The notes beneath the pieces are model-generated. The model had not been told where the DNA came from. It searched no databases and was given only the letters and a program-made list of their open reading frames with translations. A stretch of DNA of 64,000 bases. Source: the human T2T-CHM13v2.0 reference genome, Homo sapiens. Shown one piece after another: positions 47,640 to 60,952 of this stretch. Positions within the stretch are counted from its first letter, which is position 1. Every line of letters begins with the position of its first letter. Both the position numbers and the translations under genes were made by a program. Where the stretch lies: NCBI RefSeq assembly GCF_009914755.1, contig NC_060931.1, one strand, 5' to 3'.

Positions 47640-48960
47640 CGTTAGCCACATTCCTACGCAGGGGCTACACTGCGCATGTCCGAAGGGGCGTGTCAGGGGT
47701 GGGGCGAGGAGGAGGTACCGTTCCGATGCAGAGACGGTGCCGAGGGAAGGGGCGGGGCGAGGAGAAGGGGCAGAGCCGAGGGAAGAGGCGGGGCGAGTCC
47801 AGCTCCAGGAGGAGGAGCGTTACTATGGGAACCTTGACAGGTTTGTGAGCAGCTCCCTGTCTCCTGCTGCTCCGTGAGGAATCAAACTTCTGGCACTGAC
47901 GAAGCATGAAGCCAGCATCTTAGGGGGAGGTAGTGACATAATTACAAGATACGATCAGCCACCCTGGTCCCGCTGTCGCCTGGCAGGCAGGAGAGGTTTG
48001 GGAACAACCAGGCTCTCCTTGGCATGGCAGAACTGCTCTGGACACAGGGAGGTGTGGATTGGTGGGCGGGAGCTAAGCCTGGCATACTGGGAGTTGTCGT
48101 CTCTGATTAGCTTCCAGTTTTTTCATCACTGGGCGAATGGATTACAATCCCAGCCAGCATGAACAGGAGGCGGCGCGCAGTCCTGAAGGCGAAGTCCGGT
48201 TGTGCCGGCCTTGCTGTGCATGCTGGGAGCTGTATGTAGTCTCTTCACCGCTCCCGCCCTTTCAAGAGCTTCGGGACTACAATCCTAGCATGCCCCAGGC
48301 TCGGGAGCCTGGTGAAGTTCTCGGGGGGAGGAGCGAAGCGGCGCGCGCCTGGCCAGGCACGCTGGAAACGGTAGCTCTTAACGGTTCTCAGCCCGTTGGT
48401 GGCAAGGCAGCTGGACTGGAATCCCAGCAGGCGACATGCGAGGAGGAGGGCAGCCCAGGAGGGTTGGGCAGGGCAGTGTGGACCTCGCCGCTTCCACAGC
48501 GATGCTGGCTACTGATCGCAGGCACCTCCTTGCCATGGGAAGTGAGTCGGGAGGGGGACAGGAGGGGCAGGTCCAGGCTGGGCAGTGAGGAGGGCATGAC
48601 GCCGCGAAGTGCACCTCGCCCTTGTCCAACTCGGACGAGTGTGGTCCTCACCCCACTTCCCGCTGCTAGGCTGGGTTCCCTCTCCCACCTGCACCTGGGT
48701 TCTTTCTGGGCATCGCGCCTCCTCCAGCCCAGGGAGCCGCCTGCTTTGGGAAGCTGCTATGGGAACTGGCCTGAGGTCCAGGCGCTGTCCATTGTGCCGC
48801 TGCCCTCTTTTCTCTCCAGCGAGAGCGCAGTGCAGCCACTATGGGGAGAAATCCGCCGCCTGGCCCGCCAGTGCACAAGTTCAAAGCTTCGCAGGGGGTG
48901 ACATGGCCTGTGGCTTCGTGAAAATGTCACCCTCACCAGCACCTTTTTCACGGATGTTGA
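47640..48960. promoter_or_regulatory. CpG-island promoter with GC boxes, an NRF1-like site and five ZNF143/SBS-type motifs
   Basis: CpG-rich. TGCGCATGTC at 47671. GGGGCGGGG boxes at 47685-47795. ACTACAnTCCCAGCATGC-like motifs at 48082-48101(-), 48139-48154(+), 48218-48241(-), 48275-48293(+) and 48414-48430(+). Confidence 0.75.
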
Positions 48961-50471
48961 GGCGGCAGAGAAGGTCATTATTGGTTTACGCAGGAGATGC
49001 TAAAATCCGAGGAGAAAATTTCACTTCCCAGGCGTGTGTCTCTGGTGCGCCATTTTTCACCAACCCATTTGGTGGAAAGTCCACCAAATGGCTACCTAAA
49101 GATAAAGACGGTTTAGGCATTTTCATTGGCACGTCATTGGCCTCATCTCAACTGAGGCCTGACTGGGCAGTGTCTCAAAGACACAGATGGCAACCTGATA
49201 TTCAAGAACAGATAGTGCTCCAGCTTTGTGGGAGCGACTTTCAAGGTGTGGACCACTTGGGGAGTCTTTGAAATTCCTTAGGCTTCAACATCTTTGCTGT
49301 GAATAGAAAGCTGATCACCCCCGGCACTCACGGCAGTACCTTTACTCTCTCGGGCTGATCTGTTGAATTTTTCTGTCTAGACAATGGAAACTTCCGGAAG
49401 CACTTCTAGTTTCGTGTACCTTCCTAATAATTGATGTCCCTAAATTCCATATGTCCTCAGGGACAGTTGCTTTGATTCTGGAATGGCGCCAGCTTTTATG
49501 CTTTTATGTCTAATCCGTAAAAACCAAGGTGTTAATCTACATGAAAATAAGACCTTGTTCATATAGCACATTCCAACAGGCTTCATTTGTGATTCCTGAG
49601 TGAGGGTTACTATAAATAAAAACCCCTAAAAACCCTGGGCATGGATATTGACACTGTTATTGTACTTTGTGAATAATTTACTCCTTCAGGATCAATTACA
49701 CATGGGCTCATCAGCACCTTTGTAAATAAAGGAACAAGAACCTTGCGGCATCTATGGACGTGGCAAGATGAAGTATAGGGAGACCACAGCACATCAGCGC
49801 TTCCCTTGTTTTCAGTAGAGTCTGTGGGGTCAAGTACCTGCATTCCTCCCCCATCCCTCAATATTCTCATTCTACTCCTGAGTGTTCCCTCGTTAGGTGG
49901 GAGTTTCTAAATACACTTGTCTGCAAGTGTTGGTGGGGATGTTGTAACGTGAGGGCATCCATCATCCGTCACCTTAAAGGTGAAGGGAGAGGATTTTGTG
50001 ATTTGTGTTCAAGAGGCACTGCTGTTGGGTGTGTGGCTGCAAATACACGTGATCTCAGCTGTCCCCAGCAGCTGCCTCACAAGATTGGTCCTGATGCAGC
50101 CACAGCTGCTGTTCACACAGCCAGGAGCTCCTTGCAGTTTGGTGTATTCTGCTGAGATTTGTGGCTCTGACCCTCCTCTGCTCACTCCGTTCCTGGTAGT
50201 ATCTGCTCAGCTGCCTGGTTTGTTCCAGTGTTTCCTGGGAGCCTGTTGTGTAACTGCATTTCAGAGGGTCTTTGGGGATTCCACCCTCACTACACCAGTC
50301 ACTCTACACTGGCCATGCACTTAGCTTCTTGTATGTGTCCTCTTCAGTGGAGCTGTGAAGAGTTCTAGTTGGGGATAGATCTCATTCTCACGTGCTCAGG
50401 CTGCTTAGAAAGCTGATCATCTCCTCTTTGGACACATGAACATTATTTCTTTTGTGTATTTTGAAGTCTGA

Positions 50472-50796
<325 letters not shown>

Positions 50797-51466
50797 TGTT
50801 TGTTTTTAAATAAAGTGGATTCTTGCATTAACAGTCACTTTTAGATATCTTTGTGAATTTAACTCTGGCATCAACTTCCTGATGTTGGCATGCGATCCCC
50901 ATTTTATAAGTGAGGAAACTGACACTCAGAGAGGTAGAGTAGCTTTATTTACTTCACACAAGCTTTTCATGAATTTCAAGTCTCAACCTAGAAGTCTTCC
51001 TCTAAGGCATGATTATGGCATATTCCAGTTTGTGTTTCTCTGCCAGCATCCCGAAGGGGTCCACATCTCATTAGGACTCCATTTTCTTCTTAATGACAGG
51101 AAACTTGCAGAAACAGGCCTTTGGTTGGGGAGAGCACTTGCTGGCACTTGGCCTTCCCTGTCCTCTGCCTTCCTCCTGTCAGGGCGTAGATTTGATTTGA
51201 GGTGATTTGAGGGAGCTGGAGCAGCGGTAGATCCTGACCAGCACTCACCTGGAACGCTTGTTGATATGTAAAGATAACACCCACTCTCTTTATGAGGTGT
51301 GATTTTTTTTGTTCTAATTATTCCTCTGGGCCTTCTCTTCCAGGTTTGTGCTATGTACTAACATGCAATACAAATACTGATGAAAACAAAACTATTGCCC
51401 TCCTACCAAATGGTAACAATGCTTATATTTTTCCTCTTTTTCTAATTATAAAATAAATGCATGCTA

Positions 51467-51829
<363 letters not shown>

Positions 51830-52837
51830 CTATATTGTTTTTATTTTGCTGTTTCACAAGCAATGTATCACTTACATTATTCCAAATAAGTGCATGAGAT
51901 TCTAACTCTCTATTTCTAATGTATTCCAAAGAATGGGTATACAATATTTGTTTCACTGTTTATTTTTTGATAGAAATTTACATTGTTTCTAGTTTCATCA
52001 TTGTTAAAAAATGCAGCAATAAGATTCTTGTACATAATTTATTACGCTGATAATTAACTGTTCAGTTTATCTTGCCTTCTTTTAGTCAGAGAATATGTCA
52101 TGAGTTTAATATTTATTTTATGATTTGTTTCATAGGGAAATTAATGTTATGACTGGATAAATTCGAGGTTGTCTATCTCCGTTTTCTGATGGAAAAGCGT
52201 GGAGTTCAGAAGCATTGCTCGCTCCTTCAGTTTCTAACAAGTCAGTAATCTCATAGCAATTTAAATTTAAATGTTTGAATTACCTCTCCTTCCCTGGTTC
52301 AGAGTAAGTATGTTGTTTTTCTATTTGTAAAACTTCTGACTCTGGGTTTTTTCAGTTGGGCTTTAGAGAGGGCAACTCCCATATTGCTGTTATATCTATT
52401 TCTCTTTGGCATCTGGCTGCATCTGATAAAGATTATAGAATTAGATCTGGTTCTGTATATATTTTGGGACCAAAAATTCAAAGTAATCAACTCAAGATAG
52501 GAGTCTACAACTTTAATTCTTAATAAAAGATTTCCTTTGATTTCCCCAAATCTTTATGATTCCTAGAAGAAATTCACCCATGGGTGAAGCATGTGGCTCT
52601 GTTGAATAAAGTTTTGTTGGGGATTTCCACATTGAGTTTCATGAGGCATACTATTTTACAGGGTTTTTTTTTTTTTTTTTTTTTTTTTTTTGGTACTTCC
52701 TTTCTCTGATTCTATTGGAGAGTAATACTAGCTTCCTAAAATATATTGGGAAATGTTCCCTCTTCTACTTTTGGACAATATTAAACTCATAATGACAAGT
52801 TTTCTTGTGAAAATGTTCTGAAAAAAATGTAGGGTGG

Positions 52838-53134
52838 GCCAGTCATGGTGGCTCACACCTGTAATTCCAGCACTTTGGGAGGCCGAGGCAGGCAGATCAC
52901 AAGGTCAGGAGTTCGTGACCAGCCTGACTGACATAGTGAAACCCTGTCTCTACTAAAAATACAAAAATTAGCCGGGGATGGTGGTGCGTGCCTGTAATCC
53001 CAGCTACTCAGGAGGCTGAGGCAGGAGAATCACTTGAACCCAGGAGGCAGAGGTTGCAGTGAGCCGAGATTGCGCCACTGCACCATAGCCTGGGTGACAT
53101 AGCAAGACTCCGTCTCAAAAAAAAAAAAAAAAAA
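52838..53134 (+). mobile_element. AluS
   Basis: Alu dimer. Confidence 0.9.
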
Positions 53135-53714
53135 GGTGTAGAGTGCCCTTTTCCCTTTTGTACTGGGTAATATTATTTATCTTGATTGGTATTTACCCAT
53201 ATACCTGCCAATGGTTCAGTGAGCGCCCGTCTTCTACTCGCCAATCTTACCCCTACTTCAGCCACTCCTCCCTACTTTCTGGTACTCAGCCATATGTTTT
53301 TCTCTCCTCACATTCTCAACCCTGTCTCCTTAACATGTGGACTTCCATGCTCTTCCTATATCCTCCCACCCTGCACTGCCAGTAGGCTCTGCAGGCTCTA
53401 AGCTGGGGCAGCAACACAGTCCCCTCTCTTGATTTCAGCCTCTAGACCTCAGTTCTGTGCTCCTTGCAGATGCTTCTAGTGTTTGGAGACATCTGGCTCA
53501 TGTGGTTGGTCTGGCTTCCTGTGTGTTTGGTGCCAGAGGGAGTCTGTTTCTTGCTCTTCCACCATACAGAGAGGGCAAAGCTCTGAATTGATTTTGAAAT
53601 CAATTCTTGGTTATCTCTTTTGGACTGAAATAAATTGACTATTAATTTGTGATGACATAAATATTGTAGCTTAGTTTGTGGTAGTTATAATTTCATTTCT
53701 ATTTATTGTTTTAC

Positions 53715-53873
53715 AGGCCATGCCACCATGCGCAGCTAATGTTTTATTGTTTGGCAGAGGCATGGTCTCACTCTGTGGCCCAGGCTAGTTTCCAATTCCT
53801 AGGTTCATGCAGTTCTCCCAACTTGGCCTCCCAAAGCCCTGGGATTATAGGCATGAGCCACTGTGCTTGGCCA
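53715..53873 (-). mobile_element. Old Alu left-arm fragment
   Basis: Antisense monomer. Confidence 0.75.
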
Positions 53874-54234
53874 ATAGTTAAAATTTTAGATTATTATGTA
53901 CAGTACTGTGATTAGCCATATTTAACTTATTCACAGACAAGGCTTTAACAAAAATTACTTCAGGTTACTATATTTTTCTTTAATTTTTTTCAAATTAGTT
54001 TTCTTTATTTTTCTCTAATCTTTTTGTGCTAGCCTCAGTCACCTTTACCCTGAGTTTCCATCCTGGTCAGCAGAGGCAGCTCCATGGATGATGGCCTGTG
54101 GCTCTGTGTACTTGGAGCTCTTACCAAGTAAGACTTTGTGACCAGGAGGCCTCTTTTCAGGACAAATCATCTGCATGTAAAACAAAGAGCCTTTCCAGGC
54201 CAGGAGTACTTTGCCAAAATCTTTTTGCTTTTGA

Positions 54235-54569
<335 letters not shown>

Positions 54570-55599
54570 TGAGTTTTTGAGTCTTTATCCATCATTGGAC
54601 ACAATAAATATCCAGACACACAGATGTTTCCCAACATGTCTATGCGTTTAGAGATTGGACCTTTCTTTTTCTAGTGATCCTGGTTCTTGACCTTCTCACT
54701 TAAGGTTTTGTCATCTCCCAGCAGCAGACACAAGGTCTCCTTAAGCCCTGTGAGTGTAGAGGGAGGGTCTTTGAAAATCATCAAGTATACACTGTATTTC
54801 AAGGTGCGTTCACGTTTCTCTGTCTCTTCCAGGCCAGGTCTTGGAGAGACCAGGAAGCCAAGAGTTTCCTCCAAGAATGGAGATTCCTTGGGAGCGATGT
54901 TTGCCTTGAGTAAAGAAAGATGAATCACATGTGGTCAAAGGCAGTTGTCCAGGGTCTCAAGAAAAGAGCCAGAAAGAGGAGCTGGGGCTGCTGGGATTGT
55001 GGGGGTCCTCTCTCCCACCTAAAAAGCTACTACTGCCTGCTGACCCTCTGAAGAGGAGACCCCTCTGGGCTCCAGCACCTAAAACAGACAAAACTGGGAG
55101 GATGGTTCTCTCTTCTGTGTCACACATGTCCTAGAGAAAACCTGTGTATCTGAATGACCAAAGAAAACGATGAGAAAAAATGCAAAATCTGTGCCAGGTC
55201 ATTCAGTGTCTGGCTAGGGCTGTGTGGTGCACATGCATTCCAAGACTGAAGGGTGCTGAGCCTGCAGAAAATGTCTGTCAGACCTGCCTCTCACACCTGG
55301 AGTATGACTGCCCATCCAGGTTCATGATGCAGAACTGTCTTTAAAAGGCCACAGCAGATATGGAGAGAGGGATTTCTAACCCTAATAGAATATGACCAGC
55401 TGTCCCGCTGGGGAAAGCCGCATGCACCAGTGACATGCTGCCTAAACTGGCCCAGACCACACTCTACTGCCTAATGAATAAGCTCCACATTTGCTCTTTA
55501 TGGGTAAAGGGAGAGGGTGAGAGAGGAGAGGAGTGTCTGCACAGACATGAGAAGCCTGCAGATCCAGATGACCCCCTTGCTGATCAGAATATTAAAAAT

Positions 55600-57409
55600 C
55601 GATATGCGGAAACAATGACCCCACAGCAGATAAGCTTCTAGAGCAGGCTTCAACCATGCTTCATCTGGACCCACTGGAAGAGAAGTCTGCCCGCCATCTA
55701 TGTTGATGGTCTGGGGGATACCATTTCTGAGACAGATTTAAGAAATGGTCTGTACCTGTTGGCGAGATCCGGATGGTCACTGTTGTGCAGAGACAGCAGT
55801 GTGCTCTCATCAGCTTTCCACAGGGCAGGCTATGGAAATGGCCACTGAGAAGTCCTCTTGTAAATTGATTGTCCATGGCTGCAGACTCACCGTCAAATGG
55901 GGGAAGATTCCAAGCCCTCAAGGAAAAGGAGAAAGAGAAGCACAGAACGGCAGACTCTGGGATCCTGCCAGAGCCTATTTCAGGGCCGCCAGGAGGTCCT
56001 CCTCCTGCTGCAGCTCTGGTCCCCACCTTGGAGCCTCCTTCGAAGGAGTGAGACTACCTTTCTGACTTTTTCTGACCATAGACACCTTTTCTGACTATTT
56101 CTGTCCTTTGGACCTGCCGAGGACAGCAGCCCCAGGGACCCGGGCTCCTGGGCCCATTCTTCACCAGCTTCTACTTGATCGTGCAATTTGAAGTCGTTCT
56201 TGTGCAGTGGAAACAGGGTCCCAGGACAACCCGATAGATCAATGGTCTCTGGCCTGTGCCCCACTGATGGTTGGATGGTGGCCACAGGGTGCTGGAGTCC
56301 AGCCATCGCTGCTTCCTTGAGTTGAAGAGGTTGGAGGCTGGTCCACTTGCTCCTGTCCTGCCCTCAGCGATGTGGATGGTTGCTCTTTGAGCCTGGTAAC
56401 ATCACTGGCTTGGCCCTGCCAGGCATGCCCTGCCTTGTGGGGGCCCTGTGTACCCACACACTGCTTTAAGGGGCTTGCCCTTCCCTGGGCCAAATTCTAG
56501 TTTTGGCCAGTGCCCCAGGAAGCTCAGTCCCCTCTTTTGTTATCTTGGCTATTTCTCTGGCACCCATGGCTCCCGTGGGTCCCTTTTCTCCCAGGGCTTG
56601 GGCTGAGCTTGGCATCTGTAGGTCTAGGATGTTTGCCCTGTGAGGGAGGCTCTGTCACGCAAGTGGGCAGGCATGGGGACATGTGACAGGCTGCTGGCTG
56701 GCTGGGGCTCTGCAGATGCCACAATCCCCCTCCCCTCCAGCAGCCTCTGAGTCCAGCTTCCGCATTGACACTGATTTCACCCAGCTCAGGAGCTGTCTGG
56801 GGTTGTCTGGGTGCTGTCTTGACTCCTTTAAGGCTGTGCTGCTCAGTGGCCCCTGAGAAAGGTCAGATCCAGGTGCCACCATGGAAGGGGAGTGTCTACG
56901 GCCCTACTGCTGGGTTTTCAGTGGGCTGGGCAAGGCCTGGTTGTTGGGGCCCTGAGGGGGTTCAGGGCCAGGGCCTGTCCTATTGTCCTGGGGGTGTCCA
57001 GGGAAGATGTAGAAAGAACAGGGGTTTGGAATCCCTGCTCAAAGCTGCATTGTGGACACCATGAGCCCCGGATGTCCAGGTCCATGGGGAGTTTGGGAGA
57101 GAATTCCAACACAGAAATCGCCAAAAATCCCATGGTCTATCCTGAGATAGGAACAGGCTTGCCACATCTTGAGCCGCTGGGCCCCCAGAGAGTGGCCTGT
57201 TGCCCTGGGCTCCGTGGAATTCTTCTTGTGCTGCTGGGACTTGGCCTCAGGTCAGCTTCTGGGCTTCTGGAGCTGGGCTAGTGGACCAGGGAGGGCCAAC
57301 CCGTCCCCCTTGGGGAGGGCCTCCATGCTGAGGGATGCCCGCAGAGGCCTGGGTGCCAGAGACCCTCTCTCCAGGACCAGGGCCTTCCTAGGGATCTTTG
57401 TATGTTTAG
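55600..57409 (-). pseudogene. TBC pseudogene terminal exon (long, degenerate)
   Basis: ttccattcag|CTAAACATACAAAGATCCCTAGG. Contains DFWRFLCWNSL/PKLPMDLDIRGSWCPQCSFEQ; cf. TBC1D3 [32 protein letters not shown]. End uncertain. Confidence 0.75.
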
Positions 57410-57549
57410 CTGAATGGAAAGCAAACTTGGTCCACTTCTCCCCCAAGCCCATCTGACCTTTGTACGGCTGGGCCCCAGGTATCTGGGTCCTTGGAGTTTT
57501 GGGGTCTCTAGTAACCCACCTGGTCTGACACTGAGGAAACACCTACAGG

Positions 57550-57682
57550 CTGCTGATCCCATAGTGAGGGGTGTGTGCCACCTGGGGTATGGGCGCTCGT
57601 GAATGAGGGTCCCTGCTGATCCCACAGTGAGGGGTGTTTCCTGCCTGGGGTATGGGAACTTGTGAGTGGGGACCCCTGCTGC
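57550..57682. repeat. 63-bp tandem duplication (~2.1 copies) in the TBC pseudogene intron
   Basis: ctgctgatccc at 57550 and 57613, ctgctg at 57676. Confidence 0.8.
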
Positions 57683-58012
57683 ACTCTGTCCCTGTTGGTG
57701 CTCGCAGCTATGGGTGTGGGCTGGCACAGACAGGACCGAGCCCTCCAGGGGCTTCCAGGGTTCTTGTAGGGCAGGAGGGGAAGGGTGTGGTGGGGGGCTT
57801 GGAGGGGTCTTGCCCTCATCCCCTGCCCTGTTACTGGGGTGAGTCCAGCACCTGCCCTGGGGCCCAGCTGGCCTGTTTTTAGAAGCTTCTTAGAGAAGGA
57901 AGAGGAGAAGGAGAAGGAAGGCCTGGGGAGCAGGGATGGAGGGTCCTGGGCACTCCCCACTATTTACTGTCTTAGATGGTGACTCAGGAGGGGACCTGGT
58001 GCTAGAGACCAC

Positions 58013-58164
58013 CTTGGGGTCAGTGGTCATAGTGCATCTTTCTGAGCTCAGCCATGGAGGCCTCAAAGTGCTTCACAATCACATCATCGTCCATAGCCCA
58101 GGTATGGGACAGTGCATCTTAGGAAAGCTCCCACAGGACAAACAGGAGAGCTTCAGGAGAGGGT
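58013..58164 (-). pseudogene. TBC pseudo-exon G (LLKLS../LWELS*DALSHTWAMDDDVIVKHFEASMAELRKMHYDH*PQ), 152 nt
   Basis: Cf. TBC1D3 [30 protein letters not shown]; ag/gt intact. Confidence 0.9.
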
Positions 58165-58558
58165 CTAGGTTTGGGGCTGGGCATCAGGCCAGGAGGGGTC
58201 TCCTGGGAGGGGTCTGTGACTTCACATTATTTCCGCCATGGGCACCTCACACTAGGCAGTGCTGGGTCCTTTCTAGATACCCCTGGGGTCCAGCTCTGCA
58301 CAGGAGGCCACTAATGGGGGAAGTTCCAGTCAGGGAAGAGCTTGCCACACTCCTGCCTTTCATCTGAGTTGTGTCAGGGGTGGGTTCGGTTTCCAGGAGG
58401 ACTCATGGTGCCCTGTCCAGTCCACCAGGCCTGGCTTGGTTTGGCCATCCCTCTGGGTTAAAGCAGAGGGTCCTGTGGACAGTGTGAGCACTGCCTTCGG
58501 GCCAGGTTTGGTGTGCTTGTGTGCTTCCCCAGCACCCTTGGGCACATGGGGACAGGGT

Positions 58559-58670
58559 TCTGTGCACTTTCAATGCCGCATGTGCCCTGGCTATGAGCAT
58601 GCACTTGCCCTGCAGAAGGCAGATGTACCAGAGCCTGAGGATGAGCTTGTGATGAGCTTGAAGTAGGGGT
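58559..58670 (-). pseudogene. TBC pseudo-exon F (KLILRLWYICLLQGKCMLIARAHAALKVHR)
   Basis: LRLWD.Y..EGE motif exon with an 11-nt tandem duplication (gatgagcttgt/a) and lost splice sites. Confidence 0.85.
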
Positions 58671-59103
58671 TTGTGGGAACAGCAGGCATGGGAGGACCTG
58701 GCCCTTCACGGTGGAGGGCTGGTGGCCTGAGCAGGGCCAACTGGGGCCTCAGTCTGTGGTGCTGGGGGCCCCCTCTGCATGGGATGAGACCTCCCCCAGG
58801 AGGCTGGATCAGATAAGGTCCTGCAGCTCCTTATGGGGGTGTTCTCATATCCATCAAATGTGACCCCTGAAAGAGGGGGCTCCCTGAGTGCTCTCCCAAG
58901 ATGAGTCCTGGCCCAGTCTGCCCAGGATGCTGGCCCTGAGTCCCAGCCCCAACCGTGTGATGCCCCCTCTCAGGCAGGGCATGGTTTGTGTGCCCTGCAG
59001 GGATCTGCCTCTGCCTCCTGTGCAGAGGAGGGGAGCTGGGTCCTTCTGGAGGAGCCAGACTCCTGGGCAGGGTCCCTGGACTGGGTCTCCTGTGCACACT
59101 TGT

Positions 59104-59169
59104 CCCATCAAGCAAGCACTGTAGGAGTCAGTTTAAGGTGGCAATCTGGGTGCACAACATTTGCTTGTC
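59104..59169 (-). pseudogene. TBC pseudo-exon E (DKQMLCTQIATLN*LLQCLLDG), 66 nt
   Basis: Cf. TBC1D3 [22 protein letters not shown] and USP6NL ..TMKWFFQCFLDR. Both splice sites mutated. Confidence 0.85.
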
Positions 59170-59402
59170 TTCAAGGAAGGAGCAGAGGTGTTCAGAATCC
59201 CCTGGACTGCCCTGAAAACCTCACTCTTCCAGGCCCCTCTGCAGACCCTTCCCAAGGCCAGATCTCTAGGCAGTAGGCTGGGCTGTCACCCTCTTCTCTG
59301 AGACCCTACCCCTGTCCTGAGACCTCCCCACTGCCCCTCAGATGCCCCATCCCTGCGGATTGCCCGCCTCCCCTGGCACCCTCCATGCCCCACACGCCTT
59401 AC

Positions 59403-59507
59403 TTGATGCTGCAGCGCTCTCTGAACATGGCATGGCTTGTGAAGGTTTGGCTCACATCTAGGTCATTCTGGTGCATGTTCAGAGGACATCTTGGCCTGCT
59501 CCATTTT
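59403..59507 (-). pseudogene. TBC pseudo-exon D (KMEQAKMSSEH/HQNDLDVSQTFTSHAMFRERCSIK), 105 nt
   Basis: ag/gtaag sites intact. This is the IxxDxxR-motif exon, with a frameshift and Gln at the Arg-finger position. Confidence 0.9.
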
Positions 59508-59800
59508 CTATAGAGCAGGGCCAAGCCTCAGAACAGACACAAGAGTCACTGTCAAAACTGCTGTCATAAAACAGACATTCTGGAAGGGAAGGAGTCTTTT
59601 TCTGCAGATACTTCATTTCCAAAGCCAGGAAAGTCATCAGCACACAGCTCACCTGTGTTGCCCATGCCACTGTCTGCCCAGGATGTGTGACTGACCCCTT
59701 CCGCCCCTTTGGGGTTGACTTTCCCTCCATCTGGGTAGCTGGGCTTCTGACACAGTCTGGCCTATGCATCCTGCTCTAGCTGGGAGTGGAAGGGCCAGAC

Positions 59801-59908
59801 CTGGTGTTTCCCTGGGTTCTTGGCCTTTGTCTTCTCGACATTCAGTAGGAGTGACCGTGCTGGGCCCCAGACCTCTGTGAGGATTCCTTTTTAGACCCAA
59901 TGAGACAT
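59801..59908 (-). pseudogene. TBC pseudo-exon C (MSHWV*KGILTEVWGPARSLLLNVEKTKAKNPGKHQ), 108 nt
   Basis: YKGIP..RG..WSLLL..NPGKYQ family motif; gt donor intact, acceptor aa. Confidence 0.9.
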
Positions 59909-60355
59909 TTGTGGACAGAAGATGCTCTGGTGAGACAGACCTTAGGGTGACTCTAAGGGGGATCTGAGCCTAAGGATTCTGGAAGTTTCCAGTCTTTGGC
60001 TCCACAGTTCCTCAGGAGAGGTTCAGTCTGCCTAGGACTGGGCCTCCCTTTTCACGAAGAGTGGGCAAGAGCTCAGGTTGTGAACTCTGATCTGGATTTA
60101 TTCCTTCCTATGGGATGTCCAGAAGGTGTTCCTGTTCCTGGCTTAGAAGCAGACCATGCCAAGGCATCAGATTCCTCCCAGCAAGGTGATGCTTGCAGGG
60201 ATGGGCAGGAGGGCTAGGGACCAGGCCTGTTGTCCTTTCAGTGAGGAAAGTGTGTCCTGCCCTGTCTGAGAGGCAGGCAGCACCAGGAGGCAAAAATGGG
60301 CTCCTGTCCTAAACCCTGAAGAGCAGTCATGGGGGACCCTCACTCACAGCTGTGC

Positions 60356-60433
60356 CTTCTTGCTGTTCCTAGATTTATTCCAGTTAAGCATTTATAGGCA
60401 TTTATCTGTGTGTCTGATGCCCTGACGTTTTTG
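60356..60433 (-). pseudogene. TBC pseudo-exon B (QKRQGIRHTDKCL*MLNWNKSRNSKK), 78 nt
   Basis: ctacag| acceptor; donor altered to gc; cf. TBC1D3 [27 protein letters not shown]. Confidence 0.85.
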
Positions 60434-60913
60434 CTGTAGGTAAGAAGTGATGGAGTGAGCTGAGCTGCCAGGCTTCCTGGAGTGATTCTTGGATGCTGGG
60501 TCACGTGGTTAGGGGCCCTGATGGGACTGAACTGGAAGGAACCAGAATAGGACAGAACCAAGCCCCTGATTAGTGGGCACTGGTGGCCTGGCCTCATGAC
60601 CACAGGACACACTGTTCCCAGGGCACAGACACCCTGGGCTTTGGTTGGGTCTTGGCCTCCAGGTAGGGCCCTGTTGGGCAGCGGGCAGCAACTCCTGAGA
60701 CACTACTGTGATTCTTGGTGGTGGCTGTGGTAAAAAACCTGCAGGGCTAGAGTTTGGGGTGAGATTCAGCAGTAACTGTGGCCTCTCCTAGTGACAGTAT
60801 GTCACTCCCACTCCCAGCACGCATGCCCACAGGCCACGGCCTCCACATCACAAACCCCCCACCAAGTTGCCCATCTATGGAGCAGCTCCCATATGGCAGG
60901 GTCAGGCTCTTAC

Positions 60914-60952
60914 CTCCACCTCCAGGGCACAGACAGGGGGAGCTCTGTCTCA
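60914..60952 (-). pseudogene. TBC pseudo-exon A (ETELP..ALEVE), 39 nt
   Basis: ttacag|TGAGACAGAGCTCCCC...GAGGTGGAG|gtaaga; cf. TBC1D3 ETELPPLTAREAK. Confidence 0.8.

Noticed and set aside
48137-49271. 254-aa and 220-aa ORFs
   Set aside because: Stop-poor CpG-island sequence with no recognisable domain.
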